A DNA stretch of 64,000 nucleotides from an uncultured bacterium (GTDB taxonomy: Bacteria > Patescibacteriota > Minisyncoccia > Phycocordibacterales > UBA9973): NCBI GenBank assembly GCA_903894565.1, contig CAITQP010000011.1, forward strand, positions 70,515 through 134,514, given 5' to 3'. Below the pieces are notes generated by a model, which searched no databases, was not told the DNA's origin, and saw only the letters and a program-made list of their open reading frames with translations. Both the position numbers and the translations under genes were made by a program. Below, in pieces: positions 1-9,636 of this stretch (its first letter is position 1; each line of letters starts with the position of its first letter).

Positions 1-2
1 AC

Positions 3-1130
3 GTTGAAAAGTCGCCTCTCGCCATGGAACTTATTTTTACAAATGCGATGTACCATGCCAGTCAGAAGGGACTATGGGAAATTTGGATTCAAGGAGCACC
101 ACACTTTTGGTTTTCACTCGAGATAGCAGGTTTTAACGGCGAGGTGCATTTTTATATTCGATCACCTTCGCGTATTCGTGACCTTGTAGAAACACAAGTG
201 TATGCGCAATACCCACAAGCAAAAGTAAAAGAAGTCGAAGACTACACACTTTCGGTGCCATTTGATGCGCCAAACGATGATTGGTATGTTTGGGGCGCGG
301 AATGGAAATTGTTGAACGACGATGCACTGCCTCTTCGTACATACAAGGATTATGGACTTGATCAACCGAGTGACAAAGAAACACTCAAGATTGATCCGCT
401 GACGCCAACGATCGAGTATCTTGGAGCGCTCAAGAGAGGACAGCAGGTGTGGATTCAACACGTCGTGCGACCATCGCTCAAGTCATACCACGGACATGGC
501 CACGGTGAGCCAAAGCATCATGGGTGGGTAGACGAAGCACACGCTGTTATGGAACGAATGCTTGATCCATATCGTCAGTATCGTTTGCAAGAAGGTGGTC
601 CAAAAGCAGGAACATACGCGTCTGAAGTTCGTGCTCCACGTACGATCGAAGAAAAAATGGAAAAGATTCGCGAAAAAATTGCGAAACTTGGATTCGACGT
701 TGGTATACGATTGATGTGTGTGGCTGATGCTCGCTTCAATACAGTCGAAGATTTTAACGGCCTCCGTCGATCGAGTCGTTTGATGTTTCGTCAATATAAT
801 GCGCCAGATAGTAATAGTCTTGTTCGTATTAACGCGACACAATTCGATTCACCATTTGCCGACCCAACAGGACTTGCAATCTGGAAGTTGAAAAACAGAA
901 CACTCAATTGGTATCGATTGCGTATTTTTTACCATCCACCACTGTGGTACTCATTTGATTACGGACCGACGATTACTGCGTTTACTGGAGCGAAGCCACT
1001 CGTTATTTCAGTGTTAAACGTTGAAGAACTTGCGACATTGTTCCATTTTCCGGGTCAGGTTTCGCAGGCTCCTTCGTTCAAACGTGTCGAGTCTCGTGTT
1101 GCAAAGCCGCCTTCGAATTTGCCTATGTAA
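3..1130 (+). CDS. Conserved CPR-type hypothetical protein, 5'-truncated; resembles the domain found N-terminal to VirD4/TraG-like ATPases
   Basis: The frame is open from the window edge (VEKSPLAMELIF). Motifs FSLEIAG..GEVHFY, VYAQYP...EVEDY, PLRTY and LNVEELATLFHFP...PPSNLP are typical of this recurrent CPR family (family call from recall). Confidence 0.7.
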   Translation, partial: VEKSPLAMELIFTNAMYHASQKGLWEIWIQGAPHFWFSLEIAGFNGEVHFYIRSPSRIRDLVETQVYAQYPQAKVKEVEDYTLSVPFDAPNDDWYVWGAEWKLLNDDALPLRTYKDYGLDQPSDKETLKIDPLTPTIEYLGALKRGQQVWIQHVVRPSLKSYHGHGHGEPKHHGWVDEAHAVMERMLDPYRQYRLQEGGPKAGTYASEVRAPRTIEEKMEKIREKIAKLGFDVGIRLMCVADARFNTVEDFNGLRRSSRLMFRQYNAPDSNSLVRINATQFDSPFADPTGLAIWKLKNRTLNWYRLRIFYHPPLWYSFDYGPTITAFTGAKPLVISVLNVEELATLFHFPGQVSQAPSFKRVESRVAKPPSNLPM

Positions 1131-1136
1131 TTTTGT

Positions 1137-2138
1137 ATGGAGCCTTTTGATGGAAACAATGAGAATACAATCAAAGAGCCGGTTTCGCCCAACGGGCGAA
1201 ACCGGCTCTGGGCGTTTCTCGTCGCATTTCTTATCGCGCTCAGTTTTTGTTGGTTTGCAATAAAGGCACCGAGTGGCTTTCCGCAAGAGGGAGCAACTGT
1301 AACGATCGCAAGCGGGGAGTCGCTCAAATCCGTTGGTACAAAGCTCCAGAATGCAAATATTATTCGTTCCCGTGTTGTATTTTCAAGCCTCGTTACGTTT
1401 ATGGGCGGAGAAAGAAGTATTTCTCCAGGAGATTATGTATTTAAAAATGGAGAATCACTACTTTCAATCGCACAACAAATAGCTCGTGGACAACACGGAG
1501 TTGATCAAATCAAAATTACAATTCCAGAAGGTGAGACGAATAGAGAGGTAGCAGATACAATCATCAAAAAAATTCCAAATTTTGACATACAAAAATTTCT
1601 TTCTATTTCAAAATCAAAAGAAGGGTACCTATTTCCCGAAACATATTTTGTATACCCAGCGGTTACTGCAGAAGAATTGAATCAGGAAATGACGGCAATG
1701 TTTGACCGACAAACGAAAGAACTATTCACGCGAGAGATACTTAACAAAGAGAGTCAAAGCGATATCGTCATCATGGCGTCATTGATTGAGCGTGAAGCAC
1801 ATGGTGATGACGACAGGGCAATGATCGCTGGGATACTTTGGAATCGTATTCAAAAAGGTATGTCGCTACAAGTCGATGCGACGGTAGCATATGCAAACAA
1901 CAAACCGGATACACAACTGCAGAAAAGCGATTTTTCGATTGATTCGCCGTACAATACTTATAAATACAGAGGTTTACCACCGGCGCCAATCGCTAACCCC
2001 GGACTCCTTGCACTCAAAGCTGCCATTTCTCCCTCAAAAACTGGTTACCTCTATTATCTTCACGACAAGCATGGTACTATCCATTACGCGAAAACTTACG
2101 CCGAGCATTTGAAGAATATTGCTCGATATCTTAAATAA
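1137..2138 (+). CDS. mltG: Endolytic transglycosylase MltG (YceG family)
   Basis: N-terminal TM; ITIPEG, EGYLFPETY, ASLIERE, LQVDATV and SPYNTY..GLPP.PI.NPG motifs. Confidence 0.93.
   Translation: MEPFDGNNENTIKEPVSPNGRNRLWAFLVAFLIALSFCWFAIKAPSGFPQEGATVTIASGESLKSVGTKLQNANIIRSRVVFSSLVTFMGGERSISPGDYVFKNGESLLSIAQQIARGQHGVDQIKITIPEGETNREVADTIIKKIPNFDIQKFLSISKSKEGYLFPETYFVYPAVTAEELNQEMTAMFDRQTKELFTREILNKESQSDIVIMASLIEREAHGDDDRAMIAGILWNRIQKGMSLQVDATVAYANNKPDTQLQKSDFSIDSPYNTYKYRGLPPAPIANPGLLALKAAISPSKTGYLYYLHDKHGTIHYAKTYAEHLKNIARYLK
1175..1209. repeat. Perfect 16-bp-stem palindrome inside the mltG coding region
   Basis: AGAGCCGGTTTCGCCC-AAC-GGGCGAAACCGGCTCT. Confidence 0.9.
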
Positions 2139-2154
2139 ATCAGCATTTAATCTT

Positions 2155-3585
2155 ATGGAAAAACACTACTATCCGACCATTGGTCTTGAAATTCACGCCG
2201 AACTTCGCACGAACTCAAAAATGTTCTGTGGTTGTAAAAACGACCCTGACGAGACCAAGCCAAACGTGAATATTTGTCCGATTTGTATGGCGCATCCGGG
2301 AGCAATTCCCGTGCCAAACAAACGCGCGATTGAGCAAGTCATCCGCGTTGGTCTTTCAATTGATGGAACAATTGCAGACTTCACCGAATTTGATCGCAAA
2401 AATTATTTTTATCCAGACATTCCAAAAGGCTATCAAATTTCTCAATACAAATATCCGATTGTCTCTGGCGGAAGTCTGGCTGACATGAAAGTAACTCGTA
2501 TTCACCTTGAGGAAGATACTGCGACGAGTAAACATGACCGAGGCGACTTTTCATTGATTGATTTCAATCGTGGGGGTGTGCCACTCATGGAGCTCGTAAC
2601 TGACGCTCAAACATTCGACGATATCGAAACTGCTGCAAAAACTGGCGGAGATTTTGGTCGCGAATACCAACTTCTTTTGCAGTATCTTGGTGCTTCGTAC
2701 GCCAACATGGAAAAAGGTGAGATGCGTGTAGAAGCAAACATTTCAATTTCGCCTGACCAAAAAGTCTGGGGCACAAAAGTTGAAGTAAAAAATCTTAACT
2801 CATTCAAGAGTGTCGAGCGTGCTATCCGCTACGAACTCAATCGCATGCGTGATTTGTACGAAGAAGGACGACAAGGGGAGATCGTTCAAGAAACACGTGG
2901 TTGGGATGAAATGAAGGGCAGCACATTTAGTCAGCGCGCAAAAGAATCCGCAGCTGATTATCGATATTTTCCGGATCCAGATATTCCAAAATTAAAATTG
3001 ACGGAGCTTTTTGACATGGATGCGCTCAAGATCGCACTTCCCGAGCTTCCTGTGGCAAAACGTGCGCGATATAAGAAAGATTACGGAATCAAGGATGAGG
3101 ATATCGAACGATACGTGAATGATTTTGAACTCGCTGTTTGGTTTGAGGAAGTGATCAAAGCATTGAATGATTCTGAGAAAATAAAAGTTGCATCAAACTA
3201 TACGACATCTGACTTGCTTGGAATTCTGAAAAATGATTCTGAGGCAAAAAAGCCATCACCGAAAAATTTTGCGGAGCTTGTCGCTCTCGTGACTGAAGGC
3301 AAAGTATCTTCACGTGCAGCAAAAGATATTCTTGCAATGATTGTAAAAGTTGACGGCTCGCCGAATGCGCTCGCCGAACAGCATGGTCTTATTCAGAAAA
3401 ACGATGAAGGTGCACTCAAAGCAATAGCTCAAAAAATCATCGAAGCAAATCCTAAAGTTGTCGCTGATTACAAATCTGGCAAGGAAGCTGCAATCATGAG
3501 CTTGGTTGGACAAATGATGAAAGAAACCAAAGGAAGCGCGAACCCCGCAATCGCATTAAAATTAATAAAAGAGCTTGTCGCGTAG
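2155..3585 (+). CDS. gatB: Asp-tRNA(Asn)/Glu-tRNA(Gln) amidotransferase subunit B
   Basis: IGLEIHAEL, FDRKNYFYPDIPKGYQISQ, RIHLEED, VEVKNLNS and DYRYFPDPD. Start moved to the ATG at 2155. Confidence 0.97.
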   Translation: MEKHYYPTIGLEIHAELRTNSKMFCGCKNDPDETKPNVNICPICMAHPGAIPVPNKRAIEQVIRVGLSIDGTIADFTEFDRKNYFYPDIPKGYQISQYKYPIVSGGSLADMKVTRIHLEEDTATSKHDRGDFSLIDFNRGGVPLMELVTDAQTFDDIETAAKTGGDFGREYQLLLQYLGASYANMEKGEMRVEANISISPDQKVWGTKVEVKNLNSFKSVERAIRYELNRMRDLYEEGRQGEIVQETRGWDEMKGSTFSQRAKESAADYRYFPDPDIPKLKLTELFDMDALKIALPELPVAKRARYKKDYGIKDEDIERYVNDFELAVWFEEVIKALNDSEKIKVASNYTTSDLLGILKNDSEAKKPSPKNFAELVALVTEGKVSSRAAKDILAMIVKVDGSPNALAEQHGLIQKNDEGALKAIAQKIIEANPKVVADYKSGKEAAIMSLVGQMMKETKGSANPAIALKLIKELVA

Positions 3586-3602
3586 CTAGAAAATGTACTC
3601 GG

Positions 3603-3673
3603 GAAAGGACTCGCGGAGCGCGACGGCGCGAGCGTGAGGCGAAAATCCTTCAGGATTTTACGCTGGTCCTTTC
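3603..3673. repeat. 71-bp structured repeat, copy 1, inside a longer inverted repeat (3579-3698)
   Basis: GAAAGGAC...GTCCTTTC core, identical to 7680-7750 at 67 of 71 positions. Confidence 0.92.
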
Positions 3674-3727
3674 ATGAGTACACTTTTCTTGCTACGCGCC
3701 ACGATCTTGTAGTATAGTGACAAAATT

Positions 3728-4825
3728 ATGGCAAATAAGGATTTTTATAATATTCTCGGCGTCTCGAAAGAGGCCTCAAAAGACGAAATCAAAAAGGCTT
3801 TTCATAAGCTCGCTCATAAATATCACCCTGACAAAAATAAAGGGGATGATTCTAAATTCAAAGAAGTGAATGAGGCATACCAGACACTTTCTGATGACGG
3901 AAAACGTGCCGAATACGATAGATTTGGATCAGAAGGACCGCAAGGATTTGGCGGACAGGGCGGATTCCAAGGTGGATTCAACCAAGGTGGTTTCGAAGGA
4001 TTTGATTTTTCCGGATTCCAAAACGGACAAGGTTTTGATATGGGAGATCTCGGCGATATTTTTGGTGAGTTTTTTGGTGGCGGACGCGGTGGCAATCAGC
4101 CACGACGCGGACGCGACATCTCAACAGAAATTACAATTCCATTTGCTGACAGTATTTTTGGAACCGTACGCAAAATTTTGATTACCAAAACATCGACTTG
4201 TGATACCTGTAATGGCTCTGGAGCAAAACAAGGAAGCAAGTCGGTAAGTTGTTCACAATGTAACGGCAAAGGACAAGTGCGCGAAACACGTCGCTCGATT
4301 CTCGGACCAGTCACAACAACTCGCGTGTGTGACGTGTGTGCCGGAGCTGGAACTGTGCCACAAGAAATGTGTGCAACATGTAAAGGCGCGGGCGTGCACC
4401 GCAAAGAAGAAGAAATTGAAATCCGTGTCCCCGCAGGAATTGAACCAGGCGAGATGATTCGTCTAACAGGCATGGGTGAAGCTGTGCGCAAAGGTGCATC
4501 AGGAGATTTGTACGTGAAGATCAATGTACAATCTCACCCAACATTCCGTCGAGATCGTATCAACTTGCTCATGGACATGGAAGTGAAACTCTCAGAGGCT
4601 ATTCTCGGCGCTGAGCGCGTCGTAGAGACACTTGATGGCTCGGTGACTATAAAGATACCGGAAGGCATCGCAAGTGGCACTCAGCTTCGCGTCAAAGAGC
4701 GTGGCGTGCCAGCAGGCAAAAGTCGCCGAGGAGATCTCATGATCAAAGTCACGGTCAAAATCCCAACAAAACTTTCCCGCAAGGCAAAAGAGGCTGTGGA
4801 ATTACTTCAGGACGAGGGGCTATAA
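3728..4825 (+). CDS. dnaJ: Chaperone DnaJ
   Basis: J-domain HPD motif, G/F-rich region and four CxxCxGxG zinc motifs. Confidence 0.98.
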   Translation: MANKDFYNILGVSKEASKDEIKKAFHKLAHKYHPDKNKGDDSKFKEVNEAYQTLSDDGKRAEYDRFGSEGPQGFGGQGGFQGGFNQGGFEGFDFSGFQNGQGFDMGDLGDIFGEFFGGGRGGNQPRRGRDISTEITIPFADSIFGTVRKILITKTSTCDTCNGSGAKQGSKSVSCSQCNGKGQVRETRRSILGPVTTTRVCDVCAGAGTVPQEMCATCKGAGVHRKEEEIEIRVPAGIEPGEMIRLTGMGEAVRKGASGDLYVKINVQSHPTFRRDRINLLMDMEVKLSEAILGAERVVETLDGSVTIKIPEGIASGTQLRVKERGVPAGKSRRGDLMIKVTVKIPTKLSRKAKEAVELLQDEGL

Positions 4826-4871
4826 AAATTACCTCGTTGTTAGCGAAGTAATTTAGTTTTTTTCGTCATCG

Positions 4872-5036
4872 CTATGTGAGCGATGTTGTTTGTTTGCATT
4901 TTGTGCACTCGAATATCGGAGTGATTGTACCAAGAGATGTGAGCGGTGAGTCTGGTATTACATACCAGCGCTTTTTTCCGTTGCAAACAGGTGACGTACA
5001 CGATATGAAAACCCGTGACTTTGTATGTTTTCTCAT
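4872..5036 (-). CDS. Small zinc-ribbon-like protein (54 aa), not in the ORF track
   Basis: Manual translation MRKHTKSRVFISCTSPVCNGKKRWYVIPDSPLTSLGTITPIFECTKCKQTTSLT has a CxxxxC...CxxC pattern and fills an otherwise empty gap. Confidence 0.6.
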   Translation of the reverse strand: MRKHTKSRVFISCTSPVCNGKKRWYVIPDSPLTSLGTITPIFECTKCKQTTSLT

Positions 5037-5213
5037 AGAAGACTTGTTTAAAATAATTTTTTATTAGTAAACCATCGTCGTCGTGTAAGGTAAACAAATG
5101 CAAAAATGTGGATAACTCGGGTTGACCTATTTACATTCTCGACGTAGATGCTATTATTTGCGCATTAAAAAAATAAGCAAAAAAGAGACCTCCATATCTA
5201 TATTTAACGAGAA

Positions 5214-6587
5214 ATGAAACCAACCTCATCCAAAAAACTTTGGAAAATCGGCATGAAGGAATACAACACCCAGTATTTCGACTTCAATAAAGACGGTGAC
5301 CTTATTATCAAAGAGGGCCACAACATTTATAATGTTCGCTATCTTGCGGAGAAGATGGGTACTCCACTTCAGATTCTTATGCCGTTTGTTATTGAGGAGC
5401 GCCTCGAGGACTTTCTAGACTTGAACAAGGAACTTGCCAAGAAGATTGGTTATCACGGAAAGTTTTTTTATCATTACCCAATGAAGGTGAATCAGAACAA
5501 GGAGGTCATCATGGCCCTTGTTGGTGATGGTGCTCATCTTGAGACATCTTCGTACAACGACCTCTATCTCATCAAAAAGATGCTTGATGCGGAAACATTC
5601 AATCCAAATATCCGTATTCTTTGTAATGGACCAAAGACAGACAAATATCTCAACCTTATCGATGAACTTCAGCACAAGGGCACAAAAGTCTTTCCGCTTA
5701 TTGAAGGACCGAACGAACTCAAAGTGCTTCAGCACTCACGTTACGATGTAGGTATTCGTCTTGCCATGAAAGTGAAGGTGAATTCTCGTTGGAACAAGCC
5801 AATCGATCGTTTTGGATTTCCTGCAGAAGAAATTCTTGCTATGGACAAGTTTAAGAACTTGAAAATTTTGCACTACCATATCGGTGGACAGATCGAGACG
5901 ATCAATGACATGCTTCCTCCGATCAAGTATGCATTGAATGTGTACTTTAAATTGAAGGAAAAGAATCCATCGCTCGACACACTTGATATTGGAGGTGGAA
6001 TGCCGATTCCGTTTACTCGCACCAAGACTTACTCCATTGAGAAGCTCATGGAAAAAATCTTTGAACTTTTGAAGAGCGAAGCTGACAAACGTGGCGTCCC
6101 TCACCCAAACCTTATTTGTGAGTGGGGAAGTTACATGGTGTATCCAGCTCAGATCACAATTTACAAAGTGAGTGATACAAAGAAAATCAACGACAAGAAA
6201 GCTGAGGGAAAGAAATGGTATGTCATTGACGGAAGCTTCATGAACGATCTGTGTGATACATGGGCGATTGGTCAAAAATGGGCAATGGCACCAGCTAATA
6301 ACAAGAACGACAAGAACTTGAATGAAGTCTGGCTTGCTGGTTCTACTTGTGATTCTGACGATACGTACAAAGGCATAAATGGCTCGGTAACGTTACCTGA
6401 CTATGATTTTGATACGCAGGATCCAATGTACATTGTGATATTCGATACAGGAGGCTACCAAGCATCACTCTCTATGAAGCACTGCCTATTGTCTGCTCCA
6501 CTTAAGATTATTGCCGAGAATGGACACATCGTCGTCGCTCGCAAACGTGAAAGTCCAGAGGACGTTGGTCAAAAGTTCGGTTGGTAA
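5214..6587 (+). CDS. speA: PLP-dependent fold-III decarboxylase, probably arginine decarboxylase (short form)
   Basis: YPMKVNQ (PLP lysine), CNGPK, LHYHIGGQI, LDIGGG and TCDSDD; agmatinase is nearby. Confidence 0.85.
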   Translation: MKPTSSKKLWKIGMKEYNTQYFDFNKDGDLIIKEGHNIYNVRYLAEKMGTPLQILMPFVIEERLEDFLDLNKELAKKIGYHGKFFYHYPMKVNQNKEVIMALVGDGAHLETSSYNDLYLIKKMLDAETFNPNIRILCNGPKTDKYLNLIDELQHKGTKVFPLIEGPNELKVLQHSRYDVGIRLAMKVKVNSRWNKPIDRFGFPAEEILAMDKFKNLKILHYHIGGQIETINDMLPPIKYALNVYFKLKEKNPSLDTLDIGGGMPIPFTRTKTYSIEKLMEKIFELLKSEADKRGVPHPNLICEWGSYMVYPAQITIYKVSDTKKINDKKAEGKKWYVIDGSFMNDLCDTWAIGQKWAMAPANNKNDKNLNEVWLAGSTCDSDDTYKGINGSVTLPDYDFDTQDPMYIVIFDTGGYQASLSMKHCLLSAPLKIIAENGHIVVARKRESPEDVGQKFGW

Positions 6588-6612
6588 ATTATTATTTGAT
6601 ATACTTATTCTC

Positions 6613-7632
6613 ATGAACAACAATCTTCCAACATTCGAATTTATTCTAAAGAATTACAAGAACTTCAACGCACGAGCACTTCGTGACGCAACTCTCGCGT
6701 ACTGGGATCACACCCAAAAAGGTGGAAAGATGTTCTGGGCTGTCGCCGGAGCTATGAGTTCTGCTCAGCTCGGTATCGTGCTTGCTCCTGCCATTCGAGC
6801 AGGTCTCATTTCGGGCATGTCTGTCACGGGCGCAAACCTTGAGGAATCATTGTTCCGTTTGGTAGCGCATGATCACTACAAGGATTTTCCAGATTATCGT
6901 TATTTCACGAAAGAAGACGATACCAAGATTCTTGAGAATCGCATGCGTCGCGTGACGGACACTTCGATTCCTGAGGACGAAGCGTTCCGCGTGGTTGAAA
7001 AACAAATCGTGCCTACGTGGAAGAAGGCTACAGAAGACAAGACTCGTCGTTTCTGGCACGAATATTTTTACGAACTTATTCAGCAAGTTGATCCAAAAGA
7101 CTATCAAGGTGACGTGAATGAGTGCTGGTTGCTCGCAGCAGCGCAAGCGAATATTCCAATCGTTGTTCCAGGATACGAAGACTCAACATTTGGAAATATT
7201 TTCGCAGGTCATGTGTATCATAATGATTGCACCGCATCAATCGTCAAAAGTGGCGTTGAATACATGGCTGCGTTTTATGAGCAGTACCAGAAGATGTCTG
7301 AAGGTGCAGGTGTCGGATTCTTCCAGATTGGAGGAGGTATCGCCGGAGATTTTCCAATTTGTGTTGTTCCTTCCCTTAAGTATGACGTTGAAGTCAAAGA
7401 GGTGAAGCCATGGGCATACTTCTGTCAGATTTCAGACTCGACTACTTCATACGGATCATATTCGGGTGCTACTCCAAACGAGAAAATCACTTGGGACAAG
7501 CTCACCAAAGACACTCCGATGTTTGTCGTTGAATCAGACGCGACTATCGTCGCTCCACTTATGCTCACTGCGCTTCTCGAAGCAAAAGCAAACCCTGACG
7601 CAGCAAATGCTTTAATCAAACAGTACGCGTAG
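6613..7632 (+). CDS. Deoxyhypusine synthase-like protein, probable homospermidine synthase
   Basis: AGAMSSAQLG, TGANLEE, IGGGIAGDF, GSYSGATPNEKITWDKL (catalytic Lys retained) and ESDATIVAPL. Start at ATG 6613. Confidence 0.9.
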   Translation: MNNNLPTFEFILKNYKNFNARALRDATLAYWDHTQKGGKMFWAVAGAMSSAQLGIVLAPAIRAGLISGMSVTGANLEESLFRLVAHDHYKDFPDYRYFTKEDDTKILENRMRRVTDTSIPEDEAFRVVEKQIVPTWKKATEDKTRRFWHEYFYELIQQVDPKDYQGDVNECWLLAAAQANIPIVVPGYEDSTFGNIFAGHVYHNDCTASIVKSGVEYMAAFYEQYQKMSEGAGVGFFQIGGGIAGDFPICVVPSLKYDVEVKEVKPWAYFCQISDSTTSYGSYSGATPNEKITWDKLTKDTPMFVVESDATIVAPLMLTALLEAKANPDAANALIKQYA

Positions 7633-7656
7633 AGAAATAACCACAGAGGTACAGAA

Positions 7657-7773
7657 GCCGAAAAAAATAAAACACCCCCGAAAGGACTCGCGGAGCGCGA
7701 CGGCGCGAGCGTGAGGCGAAATTTCTTCAGAAATTTACGCTGGTCCTTTCGGGGGTGTTTTATTTTTTTCGGC
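7657..7773. terminator. Bidirectional terminator-like inverted repeat between convergent genes, with the 71-bp repeat in its loop
   Basis: GCCGAAAAAAATAAAACACCCCC ... GGGGGTGTTTTATTTTTTTCGGC. Confidence 0.75.
7680..7750. repeat. 71-bp structured repeat, copy 2
   Basis: Same core as 3603-3673 with four compensatory substitutions. Confidence 0.92.
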
Positions 7774-7781
7774 CACCGTAA

Positions 7782-8684
7782 TTATTTGAGCTTCTTTTTT
7801 GCTTCGAGGAGACGCTTCTTGTAGAACGTGTTGATCATGTTGTATACAATCTGTGCTGCTCCATATTCGGTAAGTACGTTATCGGAGACAGGGGAGACTT
7901 CGACGACATCGGCACCGACGAGTGTCTTTTTCTCGATGACTTTCTCGAGGAGCTTCAATGTATACCACCATTCGAGGCCACCTTGCACTGGTGTACCAGT
8001 ACCAGGCATATATGCTGGGTCAATACCATCAACGTCAATTGAGATATATACCTTTTTTGTGTTGATAGCGGAGACAACTTTGGCAATACTTGGAATTTTT
8101 TCACCATTCCATTCAAAAGTTTTGATATTTTTGAACGAAGAGAAATAATCTGATTCTTCCTTTGAATATGCGCGAATACCAACTTGTACAAGATTGAATC
8201 CGATTTCGTGTGCTCGACGCATGACAGCTGAGTGAGCATACTCAGTTGGGTCAGTATCATTGTAGTCACTATCGTCCTTGCGGAGATCACAGTGAGCATC
8301 AATTTGGAAAATCGTAATATCTTTTGGATTCTCTTTCTTCGCAAGCGCTTTGAGCGCACCAAAACTCATGGAATGTTCGCCACCGAGGAGGAGAGTGAGG
8401 GGCGCGACACTCTCAGAACACATTTTGACGACAGCTGCATGCGCTTCGTCTGGAGCCATCTTTGCAAGGCCTGGGATCTCTGTGTGAGCGATTTTGATGT
8501 AGTCAGTCGACTCGATACCATATCGCTTGTCCCAGAATTCGATCTGAGTATTCAAACATTCAACAACTTTTTTTGGACCGAGGGCGGTACCTTTGTGAAA
8601 TGATGCAGTCGCATCATACGGAGCACTGATAATATGCGCGTCAGCGACCTTCGGGTCTTTTGTATTAATGATTGATTGTGGCAT
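7782..8684 (-). CDS. speB: Agmatinase (ureohydrolase family)
   Basis: GGEHS, DAHCD, DVDGIDP..PGTGTP..GGL and GADVVEVSP metal-binding motifs. Confidence 0.93.
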   Translation of the reverse strand: MPQSIINTKDPKVADAHIISAPYDATASFHKGTALGPKKVVECLNTQIEFWDKRYGIESTDYIKIAHTEIPGLAKMAPDEAHAAVVKMCSESVAPLTLLLGGEHSMSFGALKALAKKENPKDITIFQIDAHCDLRKDDSDYNDTDPTEYAHSAVMRRAHEIGFNLVQVGIRAYSKEESDYFSSFKNIKTFEWNGEKIPSIAKVVSAINTKKVYISIDVDGIDPAYMPGTGTPVQGGLEWWYTLKLLEKVIEKKTLVGADVVEVSPVSDNVLTEYGAAQIVYNMINTFYKKRLLEAKKKLK

Positions 8685-8766
8685 GGGTGCATAATACCAC
8701 GAGAAAATGAAGAGAAAAAGATATTCACTTTCCGAAATCGGTTGACTTTGTGGTACAATATTGGTG

Positions 8767-9621
8767 ATGAAAATAAATTACGCGCAACGAATCTCGGTTT
8801 GGTATATGACCGGAATGATTATTTTTTGGTTTTTCCTTCTTGCAACTCACCGAACATTTGGTAATTTGAATTATTTCTTTTCGTTTTTAATGGGACTGCT
8901 TCCTTTTTTTGGTGGTATCGTGGCAATGATGCGTGCGCGCGATTGGACGAGCATGAAAGGGTATGTGAGTCGAGGTGTATTCTTCCTCGGACTCGGTCTT
9001 TTCTGCTGGGGTTGTGGTGAATTGATTTGGTCTTACTATAATTTCTTTACCGGCGTGTCTGCTCCTTACCCATCATTCGCGGACCTTGGCTTTGCTCCAA
9101 GTGTATTTTTCTATTGTATCGGTGCTGTATATCTTGCACGTGCTGCAGGTGCTGACCTTGGACTTCGACGACGCTTTGCAACGCTATTCATGGTTGTCGT
9201 TCCAGTCATCATGTTCTTTTTTTCGTACTATTTCTTGGTTACGGTTGCTCGTCAGGGTGTTTTGCTTTCAAGCTCTGATTCGCCACTCAAGAATTTCTTT
9301 GATATTGCATATCCAATCGGTGACTTTATCAGTTTGACAGCGGCTGTTGTGATCTCTGGACTTTCTTTCCGCTTCATCATGAGCGAGTATCGCATTGCCA
9401 TCTTCTCAATATTGTCTGGTCTCGCGGTAATGTTCGTTGCGGACTCTATTTTTTCGTACACCACAAGTCTCGCGACATATTTCAACGGCGACCTTGGTGA
9501 CATCATTTTCACCATCGCACTTTTCCTCCTGACATTTGGTGTTCTTGGTTTTTGTGGAGAGACGGATGAGTCTGCTTTAAATGAAAAACCAACGTTCTTC
9601 CGTTCGCTCTGGCACGTATAA
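8767..9621 (+). CDS. Stand-alone multi-TM membrane protein, sensor-like; paralog of 11510-12343
   Basis: About 8 hydrophobic segments with PYPSFADLGF and DIAYPIGD motifs. The ATG lies 7 nt after TGG-TACAAT. Confidence 0.8.
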   Translation: MKINYAQRISVWYMTGMIIFWFFLLATHRTFGNLNYFFSFLMGLLPFFGGIVAMMRARDWTSMKGYVSRGVFFLGLGLFCWGCGELIWSYYNFFTGVSAPYPSFADLGFAPSVFFYCIGAVYLARAAGADLGLRRRFATLFMVVVPVIMFFFSYYFLVTVARQGVLLSSSDSPLKNFFDIAYPIGDFISLTAAVVISGLSFRFIMSEYRIAIFSILSGLAVMFVADSIFSYTTSLATYFNGDLGDIIFTIALFLLTFGVLGFCGETDESALNEKPTFFRSLWHV

Positions 9622-9636
9622 TACTATTTATCACTT

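Noticed and set aside
4840-5103. Tracked 87-aa and 63-aa ORFs in the dnaJ-speA gap
   Set aside because: They have weak starts and no motifs; the 54-aa four-Cys ORF explains the region better.
5107-5115. Perfect DnaA box (TGTGGATAA); another occurs at 34690-34698
   Set aside because: These are isolated single boxes with no cluster, unwinding element or dnaA nearby, so they are not evidence of oriC.
3603-7750. 71-bp repeats as a CRISPR array or as IS ends flanking a composite element
   Set aside because: There are only two direct copies 4 kb apart, with no spacers, cas genes or transposase, and they enclose the housekeeping gene dnaJ.
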